From the IMG/VR virus record IMGVR_UViG_3300020578_000034, positions 23,842-87,841 of that record: 64,000 bases of DNA; one strand, given 5' to 3'. A program made the position numbers and the translations under genes. Each line of letters begins with the position of its first letter. The first letter of the stretch is position 1. Positions 37,421 to 47,050 of the stretch are shown in pieces. Source of the DNA: a virus (lineage: Duplodnaviria; Caudoviricetes). The notes beneath the pieces were generated by a model. It searched no databases. It had not been told where the DNA came from and was given only the letters and a program-made list of their open reading frames with translations.

Positions 37421-37985
37421 TGACACGGGAGTGAAGGCGGATCCGCTTGGCGGCCTGCTGCCGCAGGAGGTCGTCACCGGCGACATAATGCGCGGCTACG
37501 GCCCGCGGCGCGGGAACCTCGAGCGGTTGCTGCGCTACTGGAGACCGATAATGAAAAAGCCCGGCGGCTTCCGGAGATGCAGGGTGATCCTGGCGGACCA
37601 CCCCGAGCTGTACCCGCTGAACAACATCTGCGCCTGGTTGCACCACGAGACGACGGGCCTCTGGCCCAACGAGGGCTGCCACCACCCGGGGATGAAGAAC
37701 TGCAGGAGAAAGTTGCGCGGAGTGGTGAACGGGTCGCTGTGGAGCGACTCGGATTTTGACGACCGCATGAGGAAGCTGACGAGGAGGGCGACCAAGAAGA
37801 AGGACCTCCGGTCCAGCGGTGGAATCGACGCGGCGCCACCGTACGAGCCGTTCGTCCCAGTCATCACCGACGACGACTGGGACCACGCCTGGAAGGTCAT
37901 GGACGACTTCGTGAAGATGGAGACGAAATTCGTCGCATTCGTGTGCGACGACAACAACTGGGAGATGTTCGACTCGGATGTATGA
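37410..37985 (+). CDS. Phage protein with L..YW...PGGF.RC...C..LH..TG.WP motif (191 aa)
   Basis: The Cys/His/Trp motif resembles small domains I recall from actinobacteriophage head-region proteins. The ORF overlaps both neighbours. Confidence 0.65.
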   Translation: MKTDDTGVKADPLGGLLPQEVVTGDIMRGYGPRRGNLERLLRYWRPIMKKPGGFRRCRVILADHPELYPLNNICAWLHHETTGLWPNEGCHHPGMKNCRRKLRGVVNGSLWSDSDFDDRMRKLTRRATKKKDLRSSGGIDAAPPYEPFVPVITDDDWDHAWKVMDDFVKMETKFVAFVCDDNNWEMFDSDV

Positions 37986-40071
37986 CCTAACGAAGGCGAC
38001 CGAGTGCTGTCCCGGCAAGGAGACGGTGACCAGGACGATCCTGCCGTCCATCGCCGTGTCGAGGGACAGCGTCTACACCCTCCCGTTGTCCGTGGCGATG
38101 AGCAAGCAACATGCGGTCGACTTCAAGTGCTACCAGCTGGTCAAGGTCGGGCCCCACGCGGAGGTGTACGACCACAGAATCAAGTTCAAGGCCGGTCTCG
38201 TCAGGTCGGACAATCCCGTCGTGCGCGCGGCGCAGGCCGTCGCCGGAGCGGCCATCCCGGGCAACATCTCCAGCCTCAGGAGCCCCGGGCGCTCGGCGAT
38301 GTGGTCGGCGCTCACGCCCGGGGGGAGTTCGCCGATCCAGAGGGTTGGCTCCAACCCGCTCGCCAGGGCCGCCGCCGCGGCGTTCCCGAAGCCCGACAGG
38401 GGGTTCCGTTGCCCGGAGGGATTCCAGTTCGGTGGGCAGTTCACCGACAAGTATTTCTCGACGTGCGGCAAGAAGCTTTTCGTCCTCGCCGTGTCCATGC
38501 TGACGGGTGGCCCGCAGCAAATTCCTCTGAGGTCGCCGCGTCTCACGAGGGAGCTGAACATATCCGGTATCCCGCTCGTCCCGATAGGCAACGCGGGTCA
38601 GGTGTCGTTCACGAGGAGCCCCGACATAGAGATACCAAAGGTCGGCTCGACCAACTTTGGCTCGTACAAGCAGGCGATCAAAAACGTCGCCTCCGAGATG
38701 ACCGAGAGCACGAAGCCCGTCGCCAGGCTGGTGAGGAGGGACGGAGTCGTGCTTACCCCGCTGGTCTCCCCATCCGTCCTGAGGACCGTACCCGACAACA
38801 GGAACATGGAGGGTGCGTCTTACATCTCCTACGTCATGAAGCCGACGCAGATCGGTGGCCAGGAGCTGGGGATGTTCTCTAACAGCGGAATCAACTCGCT
38901 GGTGTATGTGCTCCCCAACGGTGGGACGCTCACCCTGAGGAAGACGCGCAACCTGAGCAATGGTGAGAGACGCAAGCTCGGCAAGCTCGTGGCCGAGGCG
39001 GAGAGGATGCAGAATGGCTCAGACGCCGCCGCCAGGATTGAGCACATCGTTGCGGAGATGGACGGTCCGATCTCGTACGAGCAATCCTTCGGCGACCTGC
39101 GCGGGCCGAACGACATGATCACGATAATCGATCCGAAGACGAAAAGGCAGCGACAGATACGGCGCTGGTACAGGGACGCATTCATGCTCGACAAGGCCCC
39201 CAGCCAGACCTCCTCCCGTACAACGCAGATAGAGGACGAGGCCGGGATGGTCGAAGACCTCAGCTCCGCCATAGGCATGCTGAACCAGGGCGGCCAGATC
39301 GGCAACATATCCCCAGAGTTGCGAATCCCCGCGATGGACATGAGCAGGGTCGCCGAGAGCAGGCGCCTGAACAACCGCACGACCAACTACAGGATCGGGG
39401 ACGAGACATTCACCGCCGTCACCCCCACCGTCGCCAACGAGCACATCGGGGTGATGGTCGCCGCCGAGGTCCAGTCGCAGCTCGGGGCCCTGTCGCCGGA
39501 GGTGTGGTTCGCGGGGTCGGGATCGCGCAGGCCGTACATCATCTCCTACCCGGACGACTCCGAGTCGCTGGGACGGTTCGCCAGGAGCACCGGCATGGAC
39601 CTTGCCGACCCCGAGGACATGGTGAGGTTGATGATCGCCGACGTGCTCACGGACGTTCGCGATCGCAACCCGTCGAACCTCTTCACGGTCGGCGACACCT
39701 CGCGGAAGAGGACCTTCGGCGGACCTGTCGCATCCTCCGGCGGGGCCGGCCTGACGCGCGACGAGCTCGCCAAGAGGGTAGACGCCCCGAAGCTGGTGGT
39801 GCTGAACGAGATCGAGAACTCCATGTACCGGGATTTCTTCATGCGGTTGCGAAAGGAGCAGAGGAGGCGCGCGGAAGCGCTGCTCGAGGAGATGCTTGAG
39901 CGGGCGAGGAGATTCGATATGGGAGAATTCTTCAGGCGCATGGCGATAGACGGAAAGCTCTCGGAGGCCGAGCGCAGGCACATGGACATAGTCAAGGCAA
40001 TATACGAGAACAGGGTGAGGACCCTCTCCGGCTCCCTCAAGTTCGTTAGGAACGTAATAAATGGAATCTGA
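37978..40071 (+). CDS. Protein with RCP.G...GGQFTD motif and C-terminal HipA/PI3-4K-like kinase fold (697 aa)
   Basis: FRCPEGFQFGGQFTDKYFSTC (38407-38466), EDEAGM at 39247, then EHIGVMVAAEVQSQLGALSPEV and MIADVLTDVRDRNPSNL (D at 39661). The second Mg-binding D-x-G motif is not evident. Confidence 0.7.
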   Translation: MYDLTKATECCPGKETVTRTILPSIAVSRDSVYTLPLSVAMSKQHAVDFKCYQLVKVGPHAEVYDHRIKFKAGLVRSDNPVVRAAQAVAGAAIPGNISSLRSPGRSAMWSALTPGGSSPIQRVGSNPLARAAAAAFPKPDRGFRCPEGFQFGGQFTDKYFSTCGKKLFVLAVSMLTGGPQQIPLRSPRLTRELNISGIPLVPIGNAGQVSFTRSPDIEIPKVGSTNFGSYKQAIKNVASEMTESTKPVARLVRRDGVVLTPLVSPSVLRTVPDNRNMEGASYISYVMKPTQIGGQELGMFSNSGINSLVYVLPNGGTLTLRKTRNLSNGERRKLGKLVAEAERMQNGSDAAARIEHIVAEMDGPISYEQSFGDLRGPNDMITIIDPKTKRQRQIRRWYRDAFMLDKAPSQTSSRTTQIEDEAGMVEDLSSAIGMLNQGGQIGNISPELRIPAMDMSRVAESRRLNNRTTNYRIGDETFTAVTPTVANEHIGVMVAAEVQSQLGALSPEVWFAGSGSRRPYIISYPDDSESLGRFARSTGMDLADPEDMVRLMIADVLTDVRDRNPSNLFTVGDTSRKRTFGGPVASSGGAGLTRDELAKRVDAPKLVVLNEIENSMYRDFFMRLRKEQRRRAEALLEEMLERARRFDMGEFFRRMAIDGKLSEAERRHMDIVKAIYENRVRTLSGSLKFVRNVINGI

Positions 40072-43000
40072 GACCTTCTTCTCCACGATCACCGACTCGG
40101 CGACCAACACGACGTTCGCCGTCGTCGTCGTCGACGGGGGGAGGGTCACCGCGCACGGGTCCATGAAGCAGGGCAAGGACTGGGCGGACTGGGTGAACCG
40201 GGGCAAGAAGTCGGTGGACCAGGTCTCGTTGTCCCTCGATCCCTCGTTGCGCATGTCGAAGTTCGTCCCGTTGACGAGGGACAACCTGATGTCGAGGTAC
40301 TCATCCTTCGGCCCGACCACCGTCAAGGGACTGGCCAGCATCATAGAGAACAAGTCCGTCCCCGAGCCCCTCGCGGCGAAGTCCGAAAAGCAGGACGCCA
40401 AGGCGGCGGATGTAAACGAGGATAAGGCTCCGTCGACGGAGCCGGAAAACGAGCCGGAATCCGAGCCGATAGCGACGTGGCTGCTCGCCGACGTCGGGAT
40501 AAGCATGTTCGACGTCCAGATCAAGGCGGAGGCAATCAACTTCAAGGCGAGGCAATTCGCGAGGAACATGGACTTCGCCTCTTTCGTGACCTGCGTCAAG
40601 GGGTCGAGGGCGACCGTCTCCGAAGGTCGTTGGAGGACCATGCCCGTGGTCGGCCGGCAGGTGTCGGACGTTCTCGACAAGTTCGACAGGAAGATCAAGA
40701 CGGGCGCTTTCGCGCATCTCGACAAGCAGGGGTACTTCGAGAAGTTGCTACCGATAGGTATGGCAAACCTGCCCCCGCCGCACCTCGTGCGGAACGCTGA
40801 CTCCGACCCGTTCATATACGAGGGAATTCCGTACATAAACGGCGGGAGGGGGATACTTGACCCCACTCCGCCGGGGACCAATCAGGTCGTTCGCGGCATC
40901 AGGTCCGTCGGCGGGGTTCTCGCAGAGATAGTGGACAAGCCGTCGAGGGTCAGAAGAATGACGAGGCGCGAAGACGAGGCGGACCGCCTGAGGTCCATCA
41001 CCGCGACGACGAACGACCTCAACCGGATAATCCCCGACGCGCGGAGCGGGGCGACCGGGCAGAGCAGGCTCAGGAGGAGGTTGTCGGCGCTCACGGACGC
41101 GATAGAGCCGGCGAACGTCTCGCCGTTGCGGCTTGATCGCCCGGCGACGAGCAGGGAGAGAAGGAGGGTGCTCGAAGGTCAGGCCCGCATCGCCACGCAG
41201 GAAAACCGAACCAGGCGCAATTTCACGGCAGACGCAGAGGCCGCGATGAGGAATGAGAGGGGTGACTCCCCGGAGACGCCCTCGGTGGTCAGGGCTGCTG
41301 AGCAGAGGACGCCGGGCGAGGTTGTGCCCAGCTCGGGTGACCCGACGCGCGGCGAGAGGGGGAGCGACCCGGGCGGGAGCGGGGGCGGCCTTCTCAACAG
41401 ACTCTCCAGGCGATTCTCCAGAATCTCCAATCGGATCGCCACCGGCGAAGACAAGACGCCAGAGCCAGACTTCGACGACAGGACCGAGATACCGTCCGCG
41501 CCAGTCGAGACGCCGCGCGTGGTGTCGGAGGACCCGTGGGTCATGGACAGGGACACGAGGGAACGCTTGCTCGCGGCGTTGGTCAAGGCCGTTCAGCCGG
41601 GCACGTACGCGACGTTCAGCTCCAGATTCGGGGAGGACGAGGTGGACTGGCCGGATTTCACGCCGTCCGAGCAGTCGGCGCTGATGCGCGAGCTTGGGTA
41701 TCGTCGCGACGAATTGCTCAACATCGTGACGGAACTGATGACTCCCGAGTTTTCGGCGGACAAGGACTACAGAAGCGACGGGGTTGTCACCCCGGAATCG
41801 GTGATGGAAGCCATCGCAAACGATTTCGTGTCGTTGAGGCCGGGTGGTGTGAACCTGTACGCCGACGTGATGTCTCTCGTGGCGATCAACGACATGCTCT
41901 CCTCGAAGGACTTCGAAACAGAAGCAAGGGCGTCCGCGTGGAGGATGATCGACAACAGGAACAGGAGCGTCGTGTCCAAGAGGGCGGACATTCAGCGCAG
42001 GGACGTCAGGGATGCGGGCTCGACGAGAATTCAGGGATCAATCGGGGAGAGGACCGTCATAGCGGGGGAATCGCCGAAGCAACAGTCTCCAATCGGGCCG
42101 ATGCTCTCCCTCAGCAAACTCCAGCCGATGAGGCTCAGGTACCAGCCGGAGAAGCCGGTCGGGATGAAAGAACTTTCCGAGTACTCCGATGTGGAGCGAG
42201 AGGCGGTACTGAGAAGCGCCATAGAGATGAGGGGCAACATCGTTGACTTCCTGCGCCAGAACTTGGGCATCCCGGCTGACACGGAGTTGACCGAGGACAT
42301 GCTGGCGGATTGGATGTCAAGGCTGGACGAGCAGGCCGCGAAGCGGGTCGGCATGTACGCACACAACCTGATCGTCCTTGACGGCATGATTCCATCGCTC
42401 ATCGGCTCCGACAAAAACGAAGCAGATGTTCAGTGGTCAAGTCTCACCGAACCGGCGAGGAACAGGATCCTCTCGAATGCGAGCGTGGGGCTGGTGCCGC
42501 AGGTTCCCAAGACGAACGTCCGCAAGACCAGGACGCGGCCGCCGAAGCCGCCATCCACACCGCAGACCGGTCCGACGGCGCCACCGAATGCTCCGACAAA
42601 AGTTCCCGGCGTGCCCGTGCCGATCGGCATGTCGACCGCACCAGGGAAGATTGACGCCTACAAGGGCGGCGTCGTCGAAGACTCACTCGACGTTCTGGAT
42701 GTCACGGACCAGGTCGTTACATGGACCCTCGAGGACGGAACGCAGCAGACCAAACCGATCAAGTCCCTGGGCGCAAACAATCAGTACGACCTAACCAACG
42801 CGGTCATTCAGGACGGCATCACCTACGTGATGGAAAGAAACCTCGGCATCTACAGGGACCCGGCGTCCGGGCTGTACCTGACCGACTACTCGAGGGTTCC
42901 GATATCGGTGGACACGACGATAACGCCCGCGTCGAGGCTGCTACCGGTGCAGAAATCAAGGAGCATGCCGGTGCGAAGCTATCCGCAGATCACCCTGAGG

Positions 43001-45628
43001 GAGGCGGACGCCAACAAACCCTACGGCCTCAACACAAACATGAAAAAGACGCAGATTGAGATGTTGACCGAGGTGCTCGGCATAGACGCCCAGCAGGCGC
43101 AGGAGCTGGTCGGCAAGGTCATCTACTTCGCCCCCAACGTCGCCCCGGGTAGGTCAATGGACAACTTCCGGCAGGCGGCGATGCTGCTGCTGAACGTGTC
43201 GTCAATCGGCACGGGGATACCCGATAGCGAAAAACTGAACTTGCAGTTGCTGGACGTCGTGGACATCCCAGAGAGCTCGGATCCGATCGAGACCTACCTG
43301 AATCACATCGGGAGGCCCGACATCGCCATCGCCTACGTCGCAGCCGGGAGACCGGTGGATTTCCTCTCGTTCAAACCGGACGGCAACAAAACCAGGGCCG
43401 CGGCCAACATACCCGACTCGAAGATACTCCCGGAGCACCTACAGGGGGCCACCAGAAATTCGTACTCCCGACGTCGTATGGCCTCTATATTCGACGAGGA
43501 CGCCGGCAACCTGGGAGAAAACGCCACCGTCCTCGTCCCGGGAATGCTGGCCACCGCAAAGCCGAGAGTTCGCAAGATGATCGTCCTATGGAGGCACCCA
43601 GACAACTACGACGTCGACGCGCGTCGTCACTGGAACAGTCCAGTGGTGACGCAAACCATCCAGGTGGCGGCGGCCGTCAACAAGGCGCTGGCGAGCGACG
43701 ATTCCAGGGACTGGTACGACGCATTCGAGAAGGTTCGCAGCACCTACGAGACGGCCAAGCAATCCCGCGACGCCTCCCTGAGATCGTGGGAGAGCGCCCA
43801 AGGGAATACGAGCAGGACGCCGAGACCGCGCCGGGAATTCGTCTTGGCCGGCGACCTCGTCGAGCAACTCGAGACAATCATCACCGACATCTTCGGGCCG
43901 AACATGCACAAGGTCGCAGACTCGGTCAGGCAAGAGAAGAGCCTGCGGGCGAAGATCGCGAACGACATGGGGCGCATGCGCAAGCGGGCGCAGGCTCTCG
44001 GTGTCCGGAACGTCGTCGGCCTCGAGGATGGGGCCCTCGTCCCGCCGGTCGACGCCACCGGCAGCCCGCTCCCGCCTCGCTCGCCGCAGGAAATCCTCGC
44101 AATGCTGGAAAAGCACCAGTCGCTCGGTTTCCTGCCGCACATTCCAAGGGACCTGGGGCCCAACGATGCGCCGGAGATATCCGAAATTTCCGATGAGGCG
44201 ATAAAGACGCTCGCGGCGATCGCCTTCTCCGTCGAAATGAAGCTGGACCCGGAGACGGGCAGACCGCTGCAGGAAGTGACGACAGAAGCAGTCGACAACA
44301 AGTACCTGTTGCACAACGCCCTCCAGTTTTTGACGGGGAACAAGGGGCGCCCGATCACGGTGACAGCGGAGGAATTCGGGCTCCTCGGAACCTCTTTCCT
44401 AACAGACCAAACCGAGAGCGTCGCGCCGGCCAATTTCCCGTACAACTTCTACATAGTGCGCAGGGGAATCGCACGCTCAAAACGCGGCAAGACCGCCAAT
44501 GCCATGGCGGAGGAACTCATCAATGGGCCGCTTTACACCAAGATAGACAGCGCCACCGCCGGCGGCTACGGCCTCAACTTCGCAAGGCCCAACGCTGGAA
44601 TGGTCGACGGTTACGGGGGCTCCGACCCGCTGGGGGACTTGATCCTGGCCGCCGTGCCCAAGACGGCGCGCGTCGACAACAGATCCAGGATGAACGGGCT
44701 GTACGCGGAATTGCTGGAGATGTTCGGAGCCTTCTTCACCGGCATCACGCACTTCAACGGAACCGAAAAAACGCTGGCGATCGACCTTGACGCCACCGAC
44801 GACCCGGACTGGAGGCCGGACAACCGGGCCAATCCGTTCTACAGGGCCAGAAGACCGAACACGGCGCACGGCTACTACGTGCCGCACGGTAGCGTATCTA
44901 TTTCGGCCCACAGGGGCTCAAGCTTCTTGGGCGAGGAACTGGCCCAACTTGCGAGAGAAATGGGCGTCACCATCCCGAAAATAGACACCGCCGATCCCGA
45001 GGCGATTAGGGGGCTCGGTAATGTGATAATGCTCCTTGCCTCCGAGAAATCACGGAGGGAAGTCGCAAGAGGGGGTGGCCCGTTCGCAGAAGACGACACA
45101 CAGGCCAATGACCCCGACCGGGCAATGGACAGCCTTGCCGGGCCGCAATGGTGGAACGCCACGAGGGCGCAGGTCTTCGGATGGATGATCCAAATGGAAA
45201 TTCTCAAGTCGATGGAGATAGCGAGGATGAAGGCCCTCGGCAAGGTTCCGTGGAACGACAGAATAGCCGAACTCGTCGCCGCCCAGGAAATCATGACTTG
45301 GTGGAATGACGAACTCGTCCAGGCGATGCTGTTCGGAGTGGACGTCGGCTCCGCCGACGACGGTTTGCCCCTCACCACGAACCCGTCGAGAATCTTCAAG
45401 GGTTACAAAATCGGCACCCACGTCATGGTCTACAACCGGTCGGCATTGGTTTTCGTCTCCCGGCCACTCACGCGAGCCGGCGAGCTGGCTATCGTGGAGT
45501 CGGTGAGGGACCCGAAGATAAGGAAGCCCGGAGAGCCGAGCATGGTCTGGAACTCCTTCCACGGAAAATGGATAAACGACCCGGACTACAAATCGGGCGC
45601 ACCCGCAGACGACAAGGACGGAACATGA
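40061..45628 (+). CDS. Polyvalent protein 4 with leader and putative C-terminal ART-like toxin (1855 aa)
   Basis: Leader LPPPHLVRNADSDPFIYEGIPYINGGRGILDPTPPG (40769-40876) and DAEAAM at 41246. The C-terminal region reads YIVRRGI...GGYGLNFA...LILAAVPKTARV...VMVYNRSALVF. Confidence 0.85.
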   Translation: MESETFFSTITDSATNTTFAVVVVDGGRVTAHGSMKQGKDWADWVNRGKKSVDQVSLSLDPSLRMSKFVPLTRDNLMSRYSSFGPTTVKGLASIIENKSVPEPLAAKSEKQDAKAADVNEDKAPSTEPENEPESEPIATWLLADVGISMFDVQIKAEAINFKARQFARNMDFASFVTCVKGSRATVSEGRWRTMPVVGRQVSDVLDKFDRKIKTGAFAHLDKQGYFEKLLPIGMANLPPPHLVRNADSDPFIYEGIPYINGGRGILDPTPPGTNQVVRGIRSVGGVLAEIVDKPSRVRRMTRREDEADRLRSITATTNDLNRIIPDARSGATGQSRLRRRLSALTDAIEPANVSPLRLDRPATSRERRRVLEGQARIATQENRTRRNFTADAEAAMRNERGDSPETPSVVRAAEQRTPGEVVPSSGDPTRGERGSDPGGSGGGLLNRLSRRFSRISNRIATGEDKTPEPDFDDRTEIPSAPVETPRVVSEDPWVMDRDTRERLLAALVKAVQPGTYATFSSRFGEDEVDWPDFTPSEQSALMRELGYRRDELLNIVTELMTPEFSADKDYRSDGVVTPESVMEAIANDFVSLRPGGVNLYADVMSLVAINDMLSSKDFETEARASAWRMIDNRNRSVVSKRADIQRRDVRDAGSTRIQGSIGERTVIAGESPKQQSPIGPMLSLSKLQPMRLRYQPEKPVGMKELSEYSDVEREAVLRSAIEMRGNIVDFLRQNLGIPADTELTEDMLADWMSRLDEQAAKRVGMYAHNLIVLDGMIPSLIGSDKNEADVQWSSLTEPARNRILSNASVGLVPQVPKTNVRKTRTRPPKPPSTPQTGPTAPPNAPTKVPGVPVPIGMSTAPGKIDAYKGGVVEDSLDVLDVTDQVVTWTLEDGTQQTKPIKSLGANNQYDLTNAVIQDGITYVMERNLGIYRDPASGLYLTDYSRVPISVDTTITPASRLLPVQKSRSMPVRSYPQITLREADANKPYGLNTNMKKTQIEMLTEVLGIDAQQAQELVGKVIYFAPNVAPGRSMDNFRQAAMLLLNVSSIGTGIPDSEKLNLQLLDVVDIPESSDPIETYLNHIGRPDIAIAYVAAGRPVDFLSFKPDGNKTRAAANIPDSKILPEHLQGATRNSYSRRRMASIFDEDAGNLGENATVLVPGMLATAKPRVRKMIVLWRHPDNYDVDARRHWNSPVVTQTIQVAAAVNKALASDDSRDWYDAFEKVRSTYETAKQSRDASLRSWESAQGNTSRTPRPRREFVLAGDLVEQLETIITDIFGPNMHKVADSVRQEKSLRAKIANDMGRMRKRAQALGVRNVVGLEDGALVPPVDATGSPLPPRSPQEILAMLEKHQSLGFLPHIPRDLGPNDAPEISEISDEAIKTLAAIAFSVEMKLDPETGRPLQEVTTEAVDNKYLLHNALQFLTGNKGRPITVTAEEFGLLGTSFLTDQTESVAPANFPYNFYIVRRGIARSKRGKTANAMAEELINGPLYTKIDSATAGGYGLNFARPNAGMVDGYGGSDPLGDLILAAVPKTARVDNRSRMNGLYAELLEMFGAFFTGITHFNGTEKTLAIDLDATDDPDWRPDNRANPFYRARRPNTAHGYYVPHGSVSISAHRGSSFLGEELAQLAREMGVTIPKIDTADPEAIRGLGNVIMLLASEKSRREVARGGGPFAEDDTQANDPDRAMDSLAGPQWWNATRAQVFGWMIQMEILKSMEIARMKALGKVPWNDRIAELVAAQEIMTWWNDELVQAMLFGVDVGSADDGLPLTTNPSRIFKGYKIGTHVMVYNRSALVFVSRPLTRAGELAIVESVRDPKIRKPGEPSMVWNSFHGKWINDPDYKSGAPADDKDGT

Positions 45629-46044
45629 GAGACCCCAGCGCAATACGCATGACGGAGCCCGAGCAGTTGGAGATGATGTCCGACTACGCGTCGGTGGCCG
45701 AGGACGCGAAGTATCCACCGTTCACGGTGCCGGGCAACCAGAAGGACGAAGATTTCCTTTTGATCCTCTCCAAGGAGTACGACCATTTCCTTTACGGCGA
45801 AAAGCCCTACGACTCATTTCGGGCCGTGCAGGAGGCATACTCGGATGAGCTGGTCGAATCACGCGCGTGGAGGTCGCTTGCGTACTCCCCGCAGGAAGCG
45901 GCCATGGAGGTCCTCACGCGATCCCTGAGGGACGCCAGCGTCCCCGCCGAAGAAATCGAGTACAGTGCCGAGAGGCTGTACATCTTGCAGGCCAAGACGC
46001 AGTACATGGGTGATCTTGAATTTCTGCCGTGGGAACCGCTGTGA
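45625..46044 (+). CDS. Small acidic protein, candidate immunity (139 aa)
   Basis: ATGA overlap at 45625-45628, in frame with the track ORF at 45568. Confidence 0.7.
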   Translation: MRDPSAIRMTEPEQLEMMSDYASVAEDAKYPPFTVPGNQKDEDFLLILSKEYDHFLYGEKPYDSFRAVQEAYSDELVESRAWRSLAYSPQEAAMEVLTRSLRDASVPAEEIEYSAERLYILQAKTQYMGDLEFLPWEPL

Positions 46045-46976
46045 GAGAGAAGGCCACCAGGGAGGACGCCCTCAAGATCGCCCGCTACATGGGTTGCCGG
46101 GGGGTCCATCAGGGCGAAAACGGGGATTGGTTGCCGTGCGCCGACGCCGAGACGCTCAGTCGTCTGTCCTCGGCGGCGGAGGACGACGCGTGGTTGCTGC
46201 GCTTTCAAAAGGACGTGCATTCGGGGAACGGACCCGTCGGGGGCGTGGCGGCGAACGTGGACATGAACGGCAGGAGGAAGAGGGGAGTGAGACCGTTCGA
46301 CGTGCCACCCCAGGAGTTCGGGGAGAGAAAGTCGGCCAACAACTACACGAAGCCGAAACTGAGGGAGAGCATCAAGAATCGCATCATGGCGGGCTCGCAG
46401 GGGGGCAAGCCAGGGCAGTGGTCGGCGCGCAAGGCGCAGCTCGTCGCGCAGGAGTACAAGAAGCGCGGCGGAGGGTACAGGGGAAAGAAAACCAAGAAGC
46501 AACGCTCACTCTCCAAGTGGACCAAGGAGAAGTGGACGACATCGGACGGCAAGCCCGCGATACGCCAGGGCGGGACGAGGCGCTACCTGCCAGCCAAGGC
46601 CTGGTCAAAGCTGAGCCCGTCCCAGAGGGCCGCCACCAACAAGAAGAAGCGCGAGGGCAGCAAGAGGGGACGACAGTTCGTTGCCAACACGCAAGCCGCG
46701 GCGAGGGCGAGGAAGACCTCTACCAAGTCCGGTTACCCAATCATCGTGAAAAAGACGCTCGTGATGGAGAGATTCACGGAGACGGAAGGCCGCGGACCCG
46801 GGCCGCGTCGCAAGAAGAGGGGCAAGAGATGGGAGAAGCTCACCGAGAGGGGTCCCTCCCAGATCGTTTCGACGCCGAACCTCGGCCTGACATCCAAGTC
46901 GCAGTCCGTTGATCTGCAAAAGATCGGCACGGAAGTCAGACAAGTGTTGACGACCTCAAGATTTTTGGCGGACTAA
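46041..46976 (+). CDS. Basic phage protein: GC.G.H...W.PC (DUF3721-like) motif plus SARKAQL/KWT.EKW (DUF5872-like) domain (~311 aa)
   Basis: GTGA overlap at 46041. Motifs ARYMGCRGVHQGENGDWLPC and NYTKPKLRESIK...GQWSARKAQLVAQEYKKRGGGY...LSKWTKEKW...RYLP. Family names are from memory. Confidence 0.7.
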   Translation: MREKATREDALKIARYMGCRGVHQGENGDWLPCADAETLSRLSSAAEDDAWLLRFQKDVHSGNGPVGGVAANVDMNGRRKRGVRPFDVPPQEFGERKSANNYTKPKLRESIKNRIMAGSQGGKPGQWSARKAQLVAQEYKKRGGGYRGKKTKKQRSLSKWTKEKWTTSDGKPAIRQGGTRRYLPAKAWSKLSPSQRAATNKKKREGSKRGRQFVANTQAAARARKTSTKSGYPIIVKKTLVMERFTETEGRGPGPRRKKRGKRWEKLTERGPSQIVSTPNLGLTSKSQSVDLQKIGTEVRQVLTTSRFLAD

Positions 46977-47050
46977 CGTCCCCGACGCTTACCTTGAAGT
47001 ATCCTTATCGGTACTAAAAGCGCGCCCAACACGCGAGCGGACGGGAAAAG

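Noticed and set aside
44588-45907. PNAGM (44600) and QEAAM (~45904) as extra cleavage motifs
   Set aside because: They lie inside a putative ART-like domain and a small protein, without the D/G-rich linker context, so they are probably coincidental.
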